From an uncultured Chloroflexia bacterium (GTDB lineage Bacteria; Chloroflexota; Limnocylindria; QHBO01), in assembly GCA_963840145.1 (NCBI GenBank), contig CAWIXR010000001.1:42327-106326 (forward strand): DNA of 64,000 nucleotides, given 5' to 3'. Numbering within the stretch: the stretch's first letter is position 1; each line of letters begins with the position of its first letter. This document shows, piece after piece, positions 18,901 to 27,903 of this stretch. Under the pieces are notes generated by a model, which did no database searches, had not been told where the DNA came from, and saw only the letters and a program-made list of their open reading frames with translations. A program made the translations under genes and the position numbers.

Positions 18901-20327
18901 CGCCCGTCCTCCAGGCGCTCGACGGCGGCGCGGAACGCGTCGCCGCGTGCCGCGTAGTCGACGAACATGTCGAAGCTGGCTGCCGCCGGCGAGAGCAGCG
19001 CGACGTCGCCGGGCCGCGTCGCGTCGGCGGCCACCGTCACCGCCTCGTCCATCGACGCGGCGCGCCGCACGGGCACGCGGCTCCTCAGCAGGGCCTCCAG
19101 CTCGTCGGCCGTCTCCCCGATCAGCACGGCCGCCTTGCAGCGCGTCGCGATCGCGTCGGCGAAGGCGCCGTACTCGAGGCCCTTGTCCTTGCCGCCGGCG
19201 ATCAGCACGATCGGCGCGTCGAACGCCTCGAGCGCCGCGATGGCCGCCTGCGGGATCGTCGCCTGCGAGTCGTTGATCCAGCGCACGCCACCGTGCTCGG
19301 CGATCGTCTCGAGCCGGTGCGGGACGCCGGCGAAGGTTCGCGCGGCGACGCCGATCGCGGCGGCGGGGACGCCGACGAGGGTCGCGGCCAACGCCGCGCC
19401 GAGGACGTCGGCGAGCATGTGGCGCCCCGGCAGGCGCACCTGGTCCGCGGCGACGACCCGCTCCCCCGCCACGACGACCCAGCCGTCGTCGAGCCACGCC
19501 TCGGTCGGCCCGTGACCCGGCCGCTGCATGCCGTACCACGCCAGCGACGCCGGTGGCAGCCGCTCCCCGAGGTCGCGGCAGCCAGGGTCGTCGTGGTTGA
19601 GCACGACCCGTCCCGCCGGCGCGGTGAGCTCCGCCAGGAGCGCCTTGACGGCGCGGTACGCCTCCACCGTTCCGTGGCGGTCGAGGTGGTCCTCGGCGAC
19701 GTTCGTGTAGAGCGCGACGTCGACGCCGCGGCTGATCGTCGGCAGCTGGAGCTCACTCAGCTCCAGCACGACCCAGTCATCGGGTCCGAGCTCGAGGGAG
19801 CGCTCGACCAGCGGCGTCCCGATGTTGCCGCCCAGGACCGTCGAGATGCCGCCCGCCTCCAGCATCGCGGCCAGCAGCGAGGCGGTCGTGGTCTTGCCCT
19901 TCGTGCCGGTCACGCCCGCGAGTCGCGCATCGGTCAGGCGCAGGAAGAGGTCGACCTCGCTGATGACCTCCGCACCGCGCGCCTCGGCGGCGAGCAGCGC
20001 CTCGCGCAGCCAGGGGTCGGTCGTCGGGAAGCGGGCCGAGACCGATGGAGAGGTGACGAGCAGGTCGGCGTGCTCGAGCAGCGCGGCCGCCTCGGCCTCG
20101 CTCACGTCGAGGGCCAGGCGTACCGGGCGGGCCCCGAGCGCTGAGATGGCATCGGCCAGCTCGGAGGCCGGCCGCCGGTCGTAGGCGGCGACGACCGCGC
20201 CGGCATCCGCCAGGAAGCGGCAGGCGGCGATGCCGGAGCGAGCCAGGCCGAGCACGACGGTGCGCAGGCCGCGAAGGTCGTCGGCGGACCCGATCGGCGT
20301 CGATGGGGCAGTCATCATCGGTCCATC
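18897..20327 (-). CDS. murD: UDP-N-acetylmuramoylalanine--D-glutamate ligase
   Basis: Begins MMTAPSTPIG…; VLGLARSGIAACRFL Rossmann N-terminus and GVTGTKGKTTT P-loop. The track ORF extends further upstream in the same frame. Confidence 0.9.
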   Translation of the reverse strand, partial: DGPMMTAPSTPIGSADDLRGLRTVVLGLARSGIAACRFLADAGAVVAAYDRRPASELADAISALGARPVRLALDVSEAEAAALLEHADLLVTSPSVSARFPTTDPWLREALLAAEARGAEVISEVDLFLRLTDARLAGVTGTKGKTTTASLLAAMLEAGGISTVLGGNIGTPLVERSLELGPDDWVVLELSELQLPTISRGVDVALYTNVAEDHLDRHGTVEAYRAVKALLAELTAPAGRVVLNHDDPGCRDLGERLPPASLAWYGMQRPGHGPTEAWLDDGWVVVAGERVVAADQVRLPGRHMLADVLGAALAATLVGVPAAAIGVAARTFAGVPHRLETIAEHGGVRWINDSQATIPQAAIAALEAFDAPIVLIAGGKDKGLEYGAFADAIATRCKAAVLIGETADELEALLRSRVPVRRAASMDEAVTVAADATRPGDVALLSPAAASFDMFVDYAARGDAFRAAVERLEDGR

Positions 20328-21313
20328 TAGAGCTGCTGGTACGTGGCGAGGAAGAGGCTGAAGCCGAGCAGCCCGGCGAGCGCCGCGACGATCCAGAAGC
20401 GCAGCGTGATCTTCTCCTCCGCCCAGCCGATGAGCTCGAAGTGGTGGTGCAGCGGCGTCATGCGGAAGATGCGGCGCCCGCGGAAGCGGTAGCTGAGCAC
20501 CTGGATGACCACGCTCATGATCACGGCGAAGAAGACGATCCCGACGACCGCCAGGAGCGGCAGCTGGCCGTTCACGGTGGCGACGACTGCCAGCGTGGCG
20601 CCGAGGCTCAGCGACCCGGAGTCGCCCATGAAGATCTGGGCCGGGTGGACGTTGAACCAGAGGAAGCCCATCAGCGCACCGATGACGAGCGCGCAGAACA
20701 CCGCCAGCTCCGGGTGCGCGAGCTTGATGTCGGCGACCGGGACGAGGCTGATCAGCAGGTAGGCGACGAAGCTGAAGATGAGGACGCCGCCGGCGAGCCC
20801 GTCGAGGCCATCGGTCAGGTTCACCGCGTTGCTGGTGCCGACGATGACGAACGCGATGAAGCCGATGAGCAGGACCGGCGCCACCTCGATCTGGCCGACG
20901 AGCGGGATGTTCACGCCGGTCAGGTGGTAGTGGCTCCAGATGTAGACCGCGGCGAGGACCGCGACCCCGGTCTGCCACACGAGCTTCCAGCGGCCGCGCA
21001 TGCCGACGCCGCTGCGGACGTTCACGAAGTCGTCGATCGCGCCGAGGATGCCGACCCCGACCAATGTCAGCATCGGCGTCAGCGTGGCCGGACTCTCGAG
21101 TCGCAGGGCCATCGCCAGGAAGAGGACGACGACCACGACGAGCATGCCGCCCATCGTCGGCGTGCCGGCCTTGCCGTAGTGCGCCTCCGGCCCGTCGCTG
21201 CGGATCTGCTTTCCGTAGCCGAGGCGCTGGAGCAGGTTGATGTAGATCGGCGCCAGGATCACCAGGCCGACGAAGGCCAGCAGCAGCGCGACGACCATGT
21301 CGATGAGGTTCAC
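20327..21313 (-). CDS. mraY: phospho-N-acetylmuramoyl-pentapeptide transferase
   Basis: 328 aa, 10-TM MraY with the DD…D and HHH motifs (…TPLHHHFELIGW…). Confidence 0.95.
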   Translation of the reverse strand: MNLIDMVVALLLAFVGLVILAPIYINLLQRLGYGKQIRSDGPEAHYGKAGTPTMGGMLVVVVVLFLAMALRLESPATLTPMLTLVGVGILGAIDDFVNVRSGVGMRGRWKLVWQTGVAVLAAVYIWSHYHLTGVNIPLVGQIEVAPVLLIGFIAFVIVGTSNAVNLTDGLDGLAGGVLIFSFVAYLLISLVPVADIKLAHPELAVFCALVIGALMGFLWFNVHPAQIFMGDSGSLSLGATLAVVATVNGQLPLLAVVGIVFFAVIMSVVIQVLSYRFRGRRIFRMTPLHHHFELIGWAEEKITLRFWIVAALAGLLGFSLFLATYQQL

Positions 21314-22749
21314 GGCGCGCTCCCCCGCAGCAGGTCGACGGCCCGGTCGAGACCGATGCCACGCGAGCCCTTCAGCAGCACGACGTCCCCAACCCCGGGC
21401 GCGACCTCGCGCTCAAGGACCGCGACCGCCTCCTCGGCGTCCGCCGCGCTCGCGACCGGGATGGCATCGGCGCCCTCCGCGATCCAGGCGCCACGCGGCC
21501 CCACGGTGACGAGCATGTCCACGGCGGCCGCCGCCCTAGCGCCGATCTCGCGATGCAGCCGCTCCTCGTCCGGGCCAAGCTCGAGCATGTCGCCGAGCAC
21601 CGCGATCCGCCGGCGGCCGGCCGGCAGCGGAGTCTCGGCCAGGAAGTCGAGCGCGGCGGCGACGCTGACAGGCGACGCGTTGTAGGTGTCGTCGACGAGC
21701 GTCGCGCCGGAGGCGGCCTCGACGACCTGCATGCGATGGGCGGCCCGGCTGCCCGCCCCAAGCGCTTCCGCGGCGTCGTCGATCCCGATCCCCAGCCGCT
21801 CGGCGACGGCAAGGGCGGCCAGGGCATGCGGGACGAGGTGGCGGCCGGGGGTCCCGCTGCGCATTCGCCGCGTGGTCCACGGCGCGCGGACCGTGAATTC
21901 GGTGCCGGCCAGGCCGTGGCTGACGACGTCGGTTGCGCCGACGTCGGCCGACGGGCCGAGCCCGAACGTCCGCACCGCGGCCGGCGTCACCTGCGCCATG
22001 GCCGCGACGCGCGGGTCGTCCGCATTCAGCACGGCCAGGCCGTCGCGCGGCAGCGCGGCGGGGAGCTCGGCCTTGGCGGCCGCGATGCGCTCGATGCTGC
22101 CGGCGCGCTCGAGGTGCGTCGGGTGGACCGCAAGCACGACACCGACCTCCGGCCGGGCGATCTCCGCAAGCAGTGCGATCTCGCCGACGGTGTACATGCT
22201 CATCTCGAGCACGGCAGCCTCGTGGGACGGCTCGAGCCGCAGGAGCGTGATCGGCAGGCCGGTCTCCGAGTTGAGGTTGCCGTCGTTGCGCAGCGTGGTG
22301 AGGCCGCGCGACAGGACGTCGGCGGTGATCTCCTTGGCGATCGTCTTGCCCGTCGAACCGGTGATACCCACCACACGCACCGCGTGGCGAGACCGCCACC
22401 AAGCGGCGAGATCCTGGAGCGCGCGAAGCGCATCGGCCACGACGACCTGCGGGGCGGAGCGGAGGTCCTGCGGCAGGTCGATCGGCCGCTCGACGAGGGT
22501 GGCCGCGGCTCCGGCGCGGAGCGCATCGGCCACGAAGGCATGGCCGTCCGCGCGCTCACCTGGGAGCGCGACGAAGATGGAGCCGGGGGTGACGCGGCGC
22601 GAGTCGACCGACGCGCCGGTGATCGAGAACGAGGCCGCCGGAGCTGGCCCGTGCAGCCGGCCGCCGGTCGTGGCGAGCACGTCCTCGAGGCGGATGGTGG
22701 GAGGCACGCGCACCCCGCTGCGGACTTCGTTCGAGTCTAGCAAGGTCAC
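21310..22749 (-). CDS. murF: UDP-N-acetylmuramoyl-tripeptide--D-alanyl-D-alanine ligase
   Basis: GITGSTGKT P-loop and the MurF-specific NDGNLNSETGLP motif. Confidence 0.9.
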   Translation of the reverse strand: MTLLDSNEVRSGVRVPPTIRLEDVLATTGGRLHGPAPAASFSITGASVDSRRVTPGSIFVALPGERADGHAFVADALRAGAAATLVERPIDLPQDLRSAPQVVVADALRALQDLAAWWRSRHAVRVVGITGSTGKTIAKEITADVLSRGLTTLRNDGNLNSETGLPITLLRLEPSHEAAVLEMSMYTVGEIALLAEIARPEVGVVLAVHPTHLERAGSIERIAAAKAELPAALPRDGLAVLNADDPRVAAMAQVTPAAVRTFGLGPSADVGATDVVSHGLAGTEFTVRAPWTTRRMRSGTPGRHLVPHALAALAVAERLGIGIDDAAEALGAGSRAAHRMQVVEAASGATLVDDTYNASPVSVAAALDFLAETPLPAGRRRIAVLGDMLELGPDEERLHREIGARAAAAVDMLVTVGPRGAWIAEGADAIPVASAADAEEAVAVLEREVAPGVGDVVLLKGSRGIGLDRAVDLLRGSAP

Positions 22750-24536
22750 GGCTGTGCGACCGGCTCGGCGGGCCGGTCCGGCGGGATGGCGAGGTAGTCG
22801 AGCACCTGGGGCATGAGGCGGGCGTACACGTTCTCCGGGCGATCGGGCATGGTGCGTCCACCGGCGCCGGCCGGTCGATGGATGAGGACGAGCGTCACCA
22901 GCTTCCTGTCACCCGCCGGGAGGATGCCGACGAAGCTCGAGTCGACCCAGCCCTCGCGGTAGACCCAGCGCTCCACGAGCTGGCCGTCCGGGCCCTCGAC
23001 CATGATCGGTGCGGCGATCTGGGCGGTGCCCGTCTTGCCGGCCACGGTGTAGCCGGCCACCTGGGCGCCGGTCGCGATGCCGTCGTCGATCGCGTTCGTG
23101 AGCAGCTCGATCATCGTCTGGGCCGTCTCCTCCCGCATGATCCGCTCCGCGGGCGGCTGCGCGGCCTCATGGAACGTGCCATCCGGGTCGGTCCAGCCGG
23201 CGACCACGTGTGGGGTCACCAGCTCACCCCCGTTCGCGAAGGCCGCGTAGCCCGCGACGAGCTGGACGGCCGTCAGGCTCAGCCCCTGCCCGAACGAGTT
23301 CTGGGCGGCGGTCAGGTCGCCGCTGGCGTTCGCGCCGTCGGGGTCCCACACCACCCCGCTCGCCTCGCCGGCCAGCTCGATGCCGGTCTGCGCGCCGAAT
23401 CCGAAGCGCAGCAACGCCTCGTACAGCTCTCGGCGCCCGAGCTCGAGGCCGATCTTCGCGGCGCCGACGTTGTTCGATAGCGCCAGCACATCGGCCGCCG
23501 TGACGGGCCCGTGGCCGTACGGGCGGTCCCAGCGGTCGGCATTCTGGATGCGGATGACGCCGACGCGCAGGTTGTTGTCGTCGAGGAAGGTGTCATCGGT
23601 GTCGATCGCCCCGGCGTCGAGCGCGGCGGCCACGGTGAAGGCCTTCATCACCGATCCGGGCTCGTACTGCCGCGCAACCGCCGGGTTGCTGAACAGCTCG
23701 CCGTCGGTGACGGCGAAGTCGTTGGCGTCGTACGACGGGTAGCTGGCCATCGCCAGGATCGCGCCGGTCTCGGCGTCCATGATCACGCCGGTCGCGCCTG
23801 CCGCGCGATTCATCCGGTAGGTGTCCCAGATCTCCTGCTCGAGCATGTGCTGGACGCCGAGGTCGATCGTGAGGCTGAGGTCGGCGCCGTCGACCGGCTC
23901 GAGGAGCAGCGTCGCGGAGTCCGCGATCCTCCGGCCGATGACGTCCTCCTGCGCGCTCACCGCGCCAGGCGTCCCAGCCAGCAGCGCGTTCTCGCCGGCC
24001 TCGATCCCGTACTGGCCATGCCCGTCGACGTCGACGAAGCCGAGCAGCTGGGCCGCCAGCGTCGTGTCGTTGGCGACGCCCTGGACCGGGTAGACGCGCT
24101 GCGTCTCGGGCAGCAGGCCGATGCCGCGCAGGTCGAGCGAACGGATCCGCTCAGCCGCCTCTGGCGTGATGCGCCGCTTGAGCCAGACCCAGTCGCGCTC
24201 GCCGTCGAGGCTGGCGCGAAGCTGGGCCGAGGAGATGTCGAGGATCGGCGCGAGGATCCGCGCCGTCTTCCCCGGGTCGTCGATCAGCGGCGGGGTGGCG
24301 AAAACCGACTGCAGCTCGATCGAGGTGGCCAGCAGCGCCCCGTTGGCATCGGTGATCTCGCCACGCTCGGCCGGGATCTGCTCCTGCTGCGAGAGCTGGC
24401 CGAGCGCCATCGTCGACAGCCACGGCTGCTGGACGACCTGCCACCAGACGAGGCGCGCGCCGATCGCCGTCGCCACGAATGCGACGAGGATGAGGAGGAC
24501 CATGGCGCGGGCACGGCTGTCGGTCCTGGCGAGCAT
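22746..24536 (-). CDS. ftsI: penicillin-binding protein 2x / FtsI (peptidoglycan D,D-transpeptidase)
   Basis: N-terminal TM, PBP dimerisation domain, and transpeptidase motifs (SVMK…, SNN, KTGT). Confidence 0.9.
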   Translation of the reverse strand: MLARTDSRARAMVLLILVAFVATAIGARLVWWQVVQQPWLSTMALGQLSQQEQIPAERGEITDANGALLATSIELQSVFATPPLIDDPGKTARILAPILDISSAQLRASLDGERDWVWLKRRITPEAAERIRSLDLRGIGLLPETQRVYPVQGVANDTTLAAQLLGFVDVDGHGQYGIEAGENALLAGTPGAVSAQEDVIGRRIADSATLLLEPVDGADLSLTIDLGVQHMLEQEIWDTYRMNRAAGATGVIMDAETGAILAMASYPSYDANDFAVTDGELFSNPAVARQYEPGSVMKAFTVAAALDAGAIDTDDTFLDDNNLRVGVIRIQNADRWDRPYGHGPVTAADVLALSNNVGAAKIGLELGRRELYEALLRFGFGAQTGIELAGEASGVVWDPDGANASGDLTAAQNSFGQGLSLTAVQLVAGYAAFANGGELVTPHVVAGWTDPDGTFHEAAQPPAERIMREETAQTMIELLTNAIDDGIATGAQVAGYTVAGKTGTAQIAAPIMVEGPDGQLVERWVYREGWVDSSFVGILPAGDRKLVTLVLIHRPAGAGGRTMPDRPENVYARLMPQVLDYLAIPPDRPAEPVAQP

Positions 24537-24579
24537 GTCGGTCTCCGTGCTGCGGCCGCGTTCGGCCGCGTGAGATGGG

Positions 24580-24993
24580 TCAATCGGCGGACGTATCCGC
24601 GGGCTTGGCGAACGTGACGGCCGCGCCGTCGAGGTGCTGAAGGCCGAGCTGGAAGCGCGCGCGCCGGATGATCTCCGCCGGCGAGCGGGCCTGCGCGACC
24701 GCGGTGATCAGCTGCTGCTGCTCGGCGCGGCGATCGGCCAGGCTGAGGGCGAGGTTGTCGATCTCGTAGCCGCGTGCAGCGACGCCGGTCGATTGGCTGA
24801 GGTAGAAGATGGCGAGGGCGGCGGCGACCACGATCGCCACCAGGAACGGCCGAACGTCAACCGATGCGGCCAGCCGGATGCGGCCCGCGCGACGCGTTCG
24901 GCGCGCGGGGCGGCTGGCCTTGCGGCTTCGGACTCGCGACCGCCCGCCCAGAAACCACGGGCTCGTGGCGGGTCGGGCGCCCATGACGGCCAT
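24580..24993 (-). CDS. ftsL: cell division protein FtsL-like (basic N-terminus, single TM, coiled coil)
   Basis: Position between rsmH and ftsI. TM segment FLVAIVVAAALAIFYL followed by a heptad-like region. Confidence 0.65.
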   Translation of the reverse strand: MAVMGARPATSPWFLGGRSRVRSRKASRPARRTRRAGRIRLAASVDVRPFLVAIVVAAALAIFYLSQSTGVAARGYEIDNLALSLADRRAEQQQLITAVAQARSPAEIIRRARFQLGLQHLDGAAVTFAKPADTSAD

Positions 24994-25017
24994 TGCTCGG
25001 TACCCCTCGGTCGGTGA

Positions 25018-25230
25018 CTAGGCCGCGGTCGCGCGGCGGCGGGCCGAGATGGCGAAGGTGGTCGGCGCCTCGAAGTTGGCACCCTCCTCGATCTCGATGG
25101 CAGCGACCTGGTCGCTGAGCCAGTAGGCCTCCTCGCTCGCCGCGCGAAGGCGCCGCTCGCGAAGGTCGCGCTGCCGAGCCGAATACATCCGGCGGCGGCT
25201 GGCCTGGTGACGCGTACGTCCCTTGCTCAC
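25018..25230 (-). CDS. small hypothetical protein (70 aa) between rsmH and ftsL
   Basis: Track ORF with high GC3, consistent with coding. Basic N-terminus, acidic C-terminus. No recognisable family. Confidence 0.4.
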   Translation of the reverse strand: MSKGRTRHQASRRRMYSARQRDLRERRLRAASEEAYWLSDQVAAIEIEEGANFEAPTTFAISARRRATAA

Positions 25231-25259
25231 TCGGGTGACCCTCCTGCTCGTGCTCGCGC

Positions 25260-26219
25260 CTACGCGAGCTTCTCGGCGACGCGCAGCTTCGCGCTGCGCG
25301 CGCGGCGATTCCGCCGGACCTCGTCTGGGCCCGCGGTGACGACGCCCTTGGTGATCGCGCGCAGCTGCGCGCGGTGGCCGCAGGTGCAGACCGGCGGCAA
25401 CGGATCCTCGATGCAGTCGCGGCTCTCGCGAGCGACGAAGCGCTTGACGATCCGGTCCTCGAGGCTGTGATAGCTGATGACGGCCATCCGGCCGCCGGGT
25501 CGGAGCGCGGCGAGCGCGCCGGCCAGGCCCGACGAGAGGACCTCCACCTCGCGGTTGACCGCGATGCGCAGCGCCTGGAAGGTCCGGGTTGCCGGGTGGA
25601 TGCGGCCGGCATCGGCGCCGCCCGGGCGCGAGGGCGAGGCCGCGGCGACGACCGACGCCAGGTCGGCGGCGGTCACGAGCCGACCCTCCGCGCGCGCCGC
25701 CACGATCGCCTTCGCGATGCGGCCTGCACGGCGCTCTTCACCAAACGTCGCGAGGATTCCGGCGAGCTCTCGCTCCGAGGAGCGGTCGATGAGCTCGAGA
25801 GCCGATACACCACTGGTTTCATCGAATCTCATGTCCGGCGGCGCATCGGCCGCAAAGCTGAATCCCCGGCCGGGATCGGCAAGCTGGTAGCTGCTGAGGC
25901 CGAGGTCGAAGAGAACGCCGTCCAGTGGCGCCACGCCGGAGGCGATCGCCGCGTCGTAGATCGCCTCGAAGTTGGCGTGGCGCAGCACGACCCGGTCACC
26001 AAATGGGGCCAGCACGGAGGTCGCCTCCGCGATGGCCGCCCGGTCGGCATCGATGCCGAGCAGGCGGCCATGCGGAGACGTCGCCTCCAGAATCCGCTCG
26101 GCGTGCCCACCGCCGCCGACCGTGCAGTCCGCCACGGAGCTGCCAGGACCCAGCGCGAGCGAGGCAATGACCTCGTCGACCAGGACCGGCAGGTGCCCTT
26201 CTCCCATGGCGCGTCGCAC
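25260..26219 (-). CDS. rsmH: 16S rRNA (cytosine1402-N4)-methyltransferase
   Basis: HLPVLVDEV…DCTVGGGGHAERIL… SAM-binding motifs typical of MraW/RsmH. Confidence 0.92.
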   Translation of the reverse strand: MRRAMGEGHLPVLVDEVIASLALGPGSSVADCTVGGGGHAERILEATSPHGRLLGIDADRAAIAEATSVLAPFGDRVVLRHANFEAIYDAAIASGVAPLDGVLFDLGLSSYQLADPGRGFSFAADAPPDMRFDETSGVSALELIDRSSERELAGILATFGEERRAGRIAKAIVAARAEGRLVTAADLASVVAAASPSRPGGADAGRIHPATRTFQALRIAVNREVEVLSSGLAGALAALRPGGRMAVISYHSLEDRIVKRFVARESRDCIEDPLPPVCTCGHRAQLRAITKGVVTAGPDEVRRNRRARSAKLRVAEKLA

Positions 26220-26277
26220 CTCTGTTGTCGAACGGCGGGCCGACCGGCCCGGAGACGCATGAATGGCCGGGGCACCG

Positions 26278-26727
26278 TCAGATGCCCAGGTCGGCGAGGT
26301 GCTCGGCGAGCGCCTCCGGCTCGTTCTCGATCTGGGACCGATACGGTCCCCACCGCGTCGGCGCCCAGATCTCGAGTCGGTTCAGCGCGCCGACCACGAC
26401 CACCTCGCTCTCGGTCAGGCCGGCGTACTCGCGGAGATAGCTCGGGACGAGGACCCGCCCCTGGCGATCGAGCTCCACCTCGACCGCCCCCGAGCTCATG
26501 AAGCGGCCGAACTGTCGCGCGGCCGCGTTTGTCGTCGGCAGGCCCTGGATTCGGGCCGCCAGCTCTTCCCAGGTGTCCGACGGAAAGATCGCCAGGCAGC
26601 CATCCAGCCAGCGCGCCAGCGTGGCGCCCTGTGCCAGCCGCGGGCGGAAGCGGACCGGGACCGCCACTCGGCCCCGATCGTCCAGTGCGTGCCGGAACTC
26701 CCCGGTGAGGAAGGTCGCCCGCTCCAT
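26278..26727 (-). CDS. mraZ: transcriptional regulator MraZ
   Basis: 149 aa with the duplicated MraZ fold motifs (…DDRGRVAVP…, …DRQGRVLVP…). Confidence 0.92.
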   Translation of the reverse strand: MERATFLTGEFRHALDDRGRVAVPVRFRPRLAQGATLARWLDGCLAIFPSDTWEELAARIQGLPTTNAAARQFGRFMSSGAVEVELDRQGRVLVPSYLREYAGLTESEVVVVGALNRLEIWAPTRWGPYRSQIENEPEALAEHLADLGI

Positions 26728-26740
26728 CTGGCCTGTCTTT

Positions 26741-26770
26741 CACCACTAGTCCCCATTTGGCCCCATTTGG
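26741..26770 (-). promoter_or_regulatory. MraZ operator: three direct repeats with 10-bp phasing (ccaaaTGGGG / ccaaaTGGGG / actagTGGTG on the minus strand)
   Basis: Read directly. Lies between the predicted Pmra -10 and the mraZ start, as in E. coli, where MraZ binds TGGGN direct repeats. Confidence 0.6.
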
Positions 26771-26784
26771 AACCACAGGGCGCC

Positions 26785-26813
26785 ACTATACAGGTCGCAA
26801 GGTGCCCGTCAAG
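26785..26813 (-). promoter_or_regulatory. Pmra-like sigma-70 promoter: -35 TTGACG (complement 26808-26813), 17-nt spacer, -10 TATAGT (complement 26785-26790)
   Basis: Read directly on the minus strand: ccccTTGACGggcaccttgcgacctgTATAGTggcg. Confidence 0.55.
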
Positions 26814-26943
26814 GGGTTTTGCGCATCGGCGCATGGGAGATTTCGGCCAGGACGCCTGCGGGCGCCGCCCGACAGATCGGGCAAGTGGAGCGAGCGAGGC
26901 TTCCTGCGGGACTCCGCCCGATGGATCGGCCGAGAGCGCCGGT

Positions 26944-27903
26944 CTACGGAGCCGGGGTCGCCTCGGGAAACTCGGTCAGCTCGTCCTCGGAGAGGTAGGC
27001 GGAGCGTCGCTCCCCGTCGGAATTGAGGAAGACGGCACGGACCCGGAAGGGGCCGGAATCGGGATAGAGGTACGACCAGCCCTCGAGGCCGCCCTCCGCG
27101 GTCTCCCAGAACACCGGTTCGTCGGCGCCGCGGCGCGGGACGGCGCGCGCATACGAGAACCCGCCGAACGATGCGTCGCGCTGGCCGATGACCTCGCCGT
27201 CGTCGTTGAGCAGGTACAGCGTGTAGCCCTCCGGACCGACCGAGACCTCGTAGAACTCGAAGGTGTCGCCCGACTGGGGAGTCGGCTCCGGAGTGGGCGT
27301 GGCCGGGCCGGAGCCCGAGGCGCTCGTCGGTTCCGCGGTCGGCTCGACGGTGGCGGTCGGGGCGGAGGTGCTGGACGGCGTCGGCTCTGACGTCACCACC
27401 GGCGTCGGCGATGGCGAGCTCGACTCGACCGCCACGGGCGGGAAGAGCCCGCGACCCCAGATCAGGTATCCGACCGCGCCACCACCGATCAGCAGGAGGA
27501 GCAGCAGGAGGAGAATCGGGACAGCGCGGCGTCGCCGCCGCCTGGCGGGAACCGCTGCCGGGCGCGGCGGCTCGGCGAGCGGCGCGCGTGGACGGCGGAG
27601 CGCCTCGAGCTCCTCCGTCGGGATGACCAGCACGCCGCGCAGATAGCGTGGGCAGTTGCCGTACCCGCGCTCCTGGCAGACCCGCGTCTGCTGCTCGGCC
27701 GAAAGCGGCGCGGGATCGCCGAACGCGTAGCAGCGATGGTCGTCGCTGATGCCCTCGATGTATCCGGCGCGCTCCCCCGCCAGGCCGAGGAAGGGGCAGA
27801 CGTGCTCGGGGCGCTCCGCCAGCTGGGCGAACAGGGCGTGGCGCTCAGCCTCGCGAGCCGCCTCCGCGGCCGCCTCCTCCCGGCGCTTGCGTCGACCGAA
27901 CAC
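26944..27903 (-). CDS. membrane protein: N-terminal cytoplasmic Cys4 domain, single TM (poly-Leu), Pro/Ser/Thr-rich linker, ~130-aa extracytoplasmic domain
   Basis: Start chosen at the GTG preceded by AGGAGGTG. Cys motif: CPFLG…HRCYAFGD…CQERGYGNCPRY. TM segment AVPILLLLLLLLIGGGAVGYLIW. The longer track ORF (to 28299) would run into rnpB. Confidence 0.6.
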   Translation of the reverse strand: MFGRRKRREEAAAEAAREAERHALFAQLAERPEHVCPFLGLAGERAGYIEGISDDHRCYAFGDPAPLSAEQQTRVCQERGYGNCPRYLRGVLVIPTEELEALRRPRAPLAEPPRPAAVPARRRRRRAVPILLLLLLLLIGGGAVGYLIWGRGLFPPVAVESSSPSPTPVVTSEPTPSSTSAPTATVEPTAEPTSASGSGPATPTPEPTPQSGDTFEFYEVSVGPEGYTLYLLNDDGEVIGQRDASFGGFSYARAVPRRGADEPVFWETAEGGLEGWSYLYPDSGPFRVRAVFLNSDGERRSAYLSEDELTEFPEATPAP

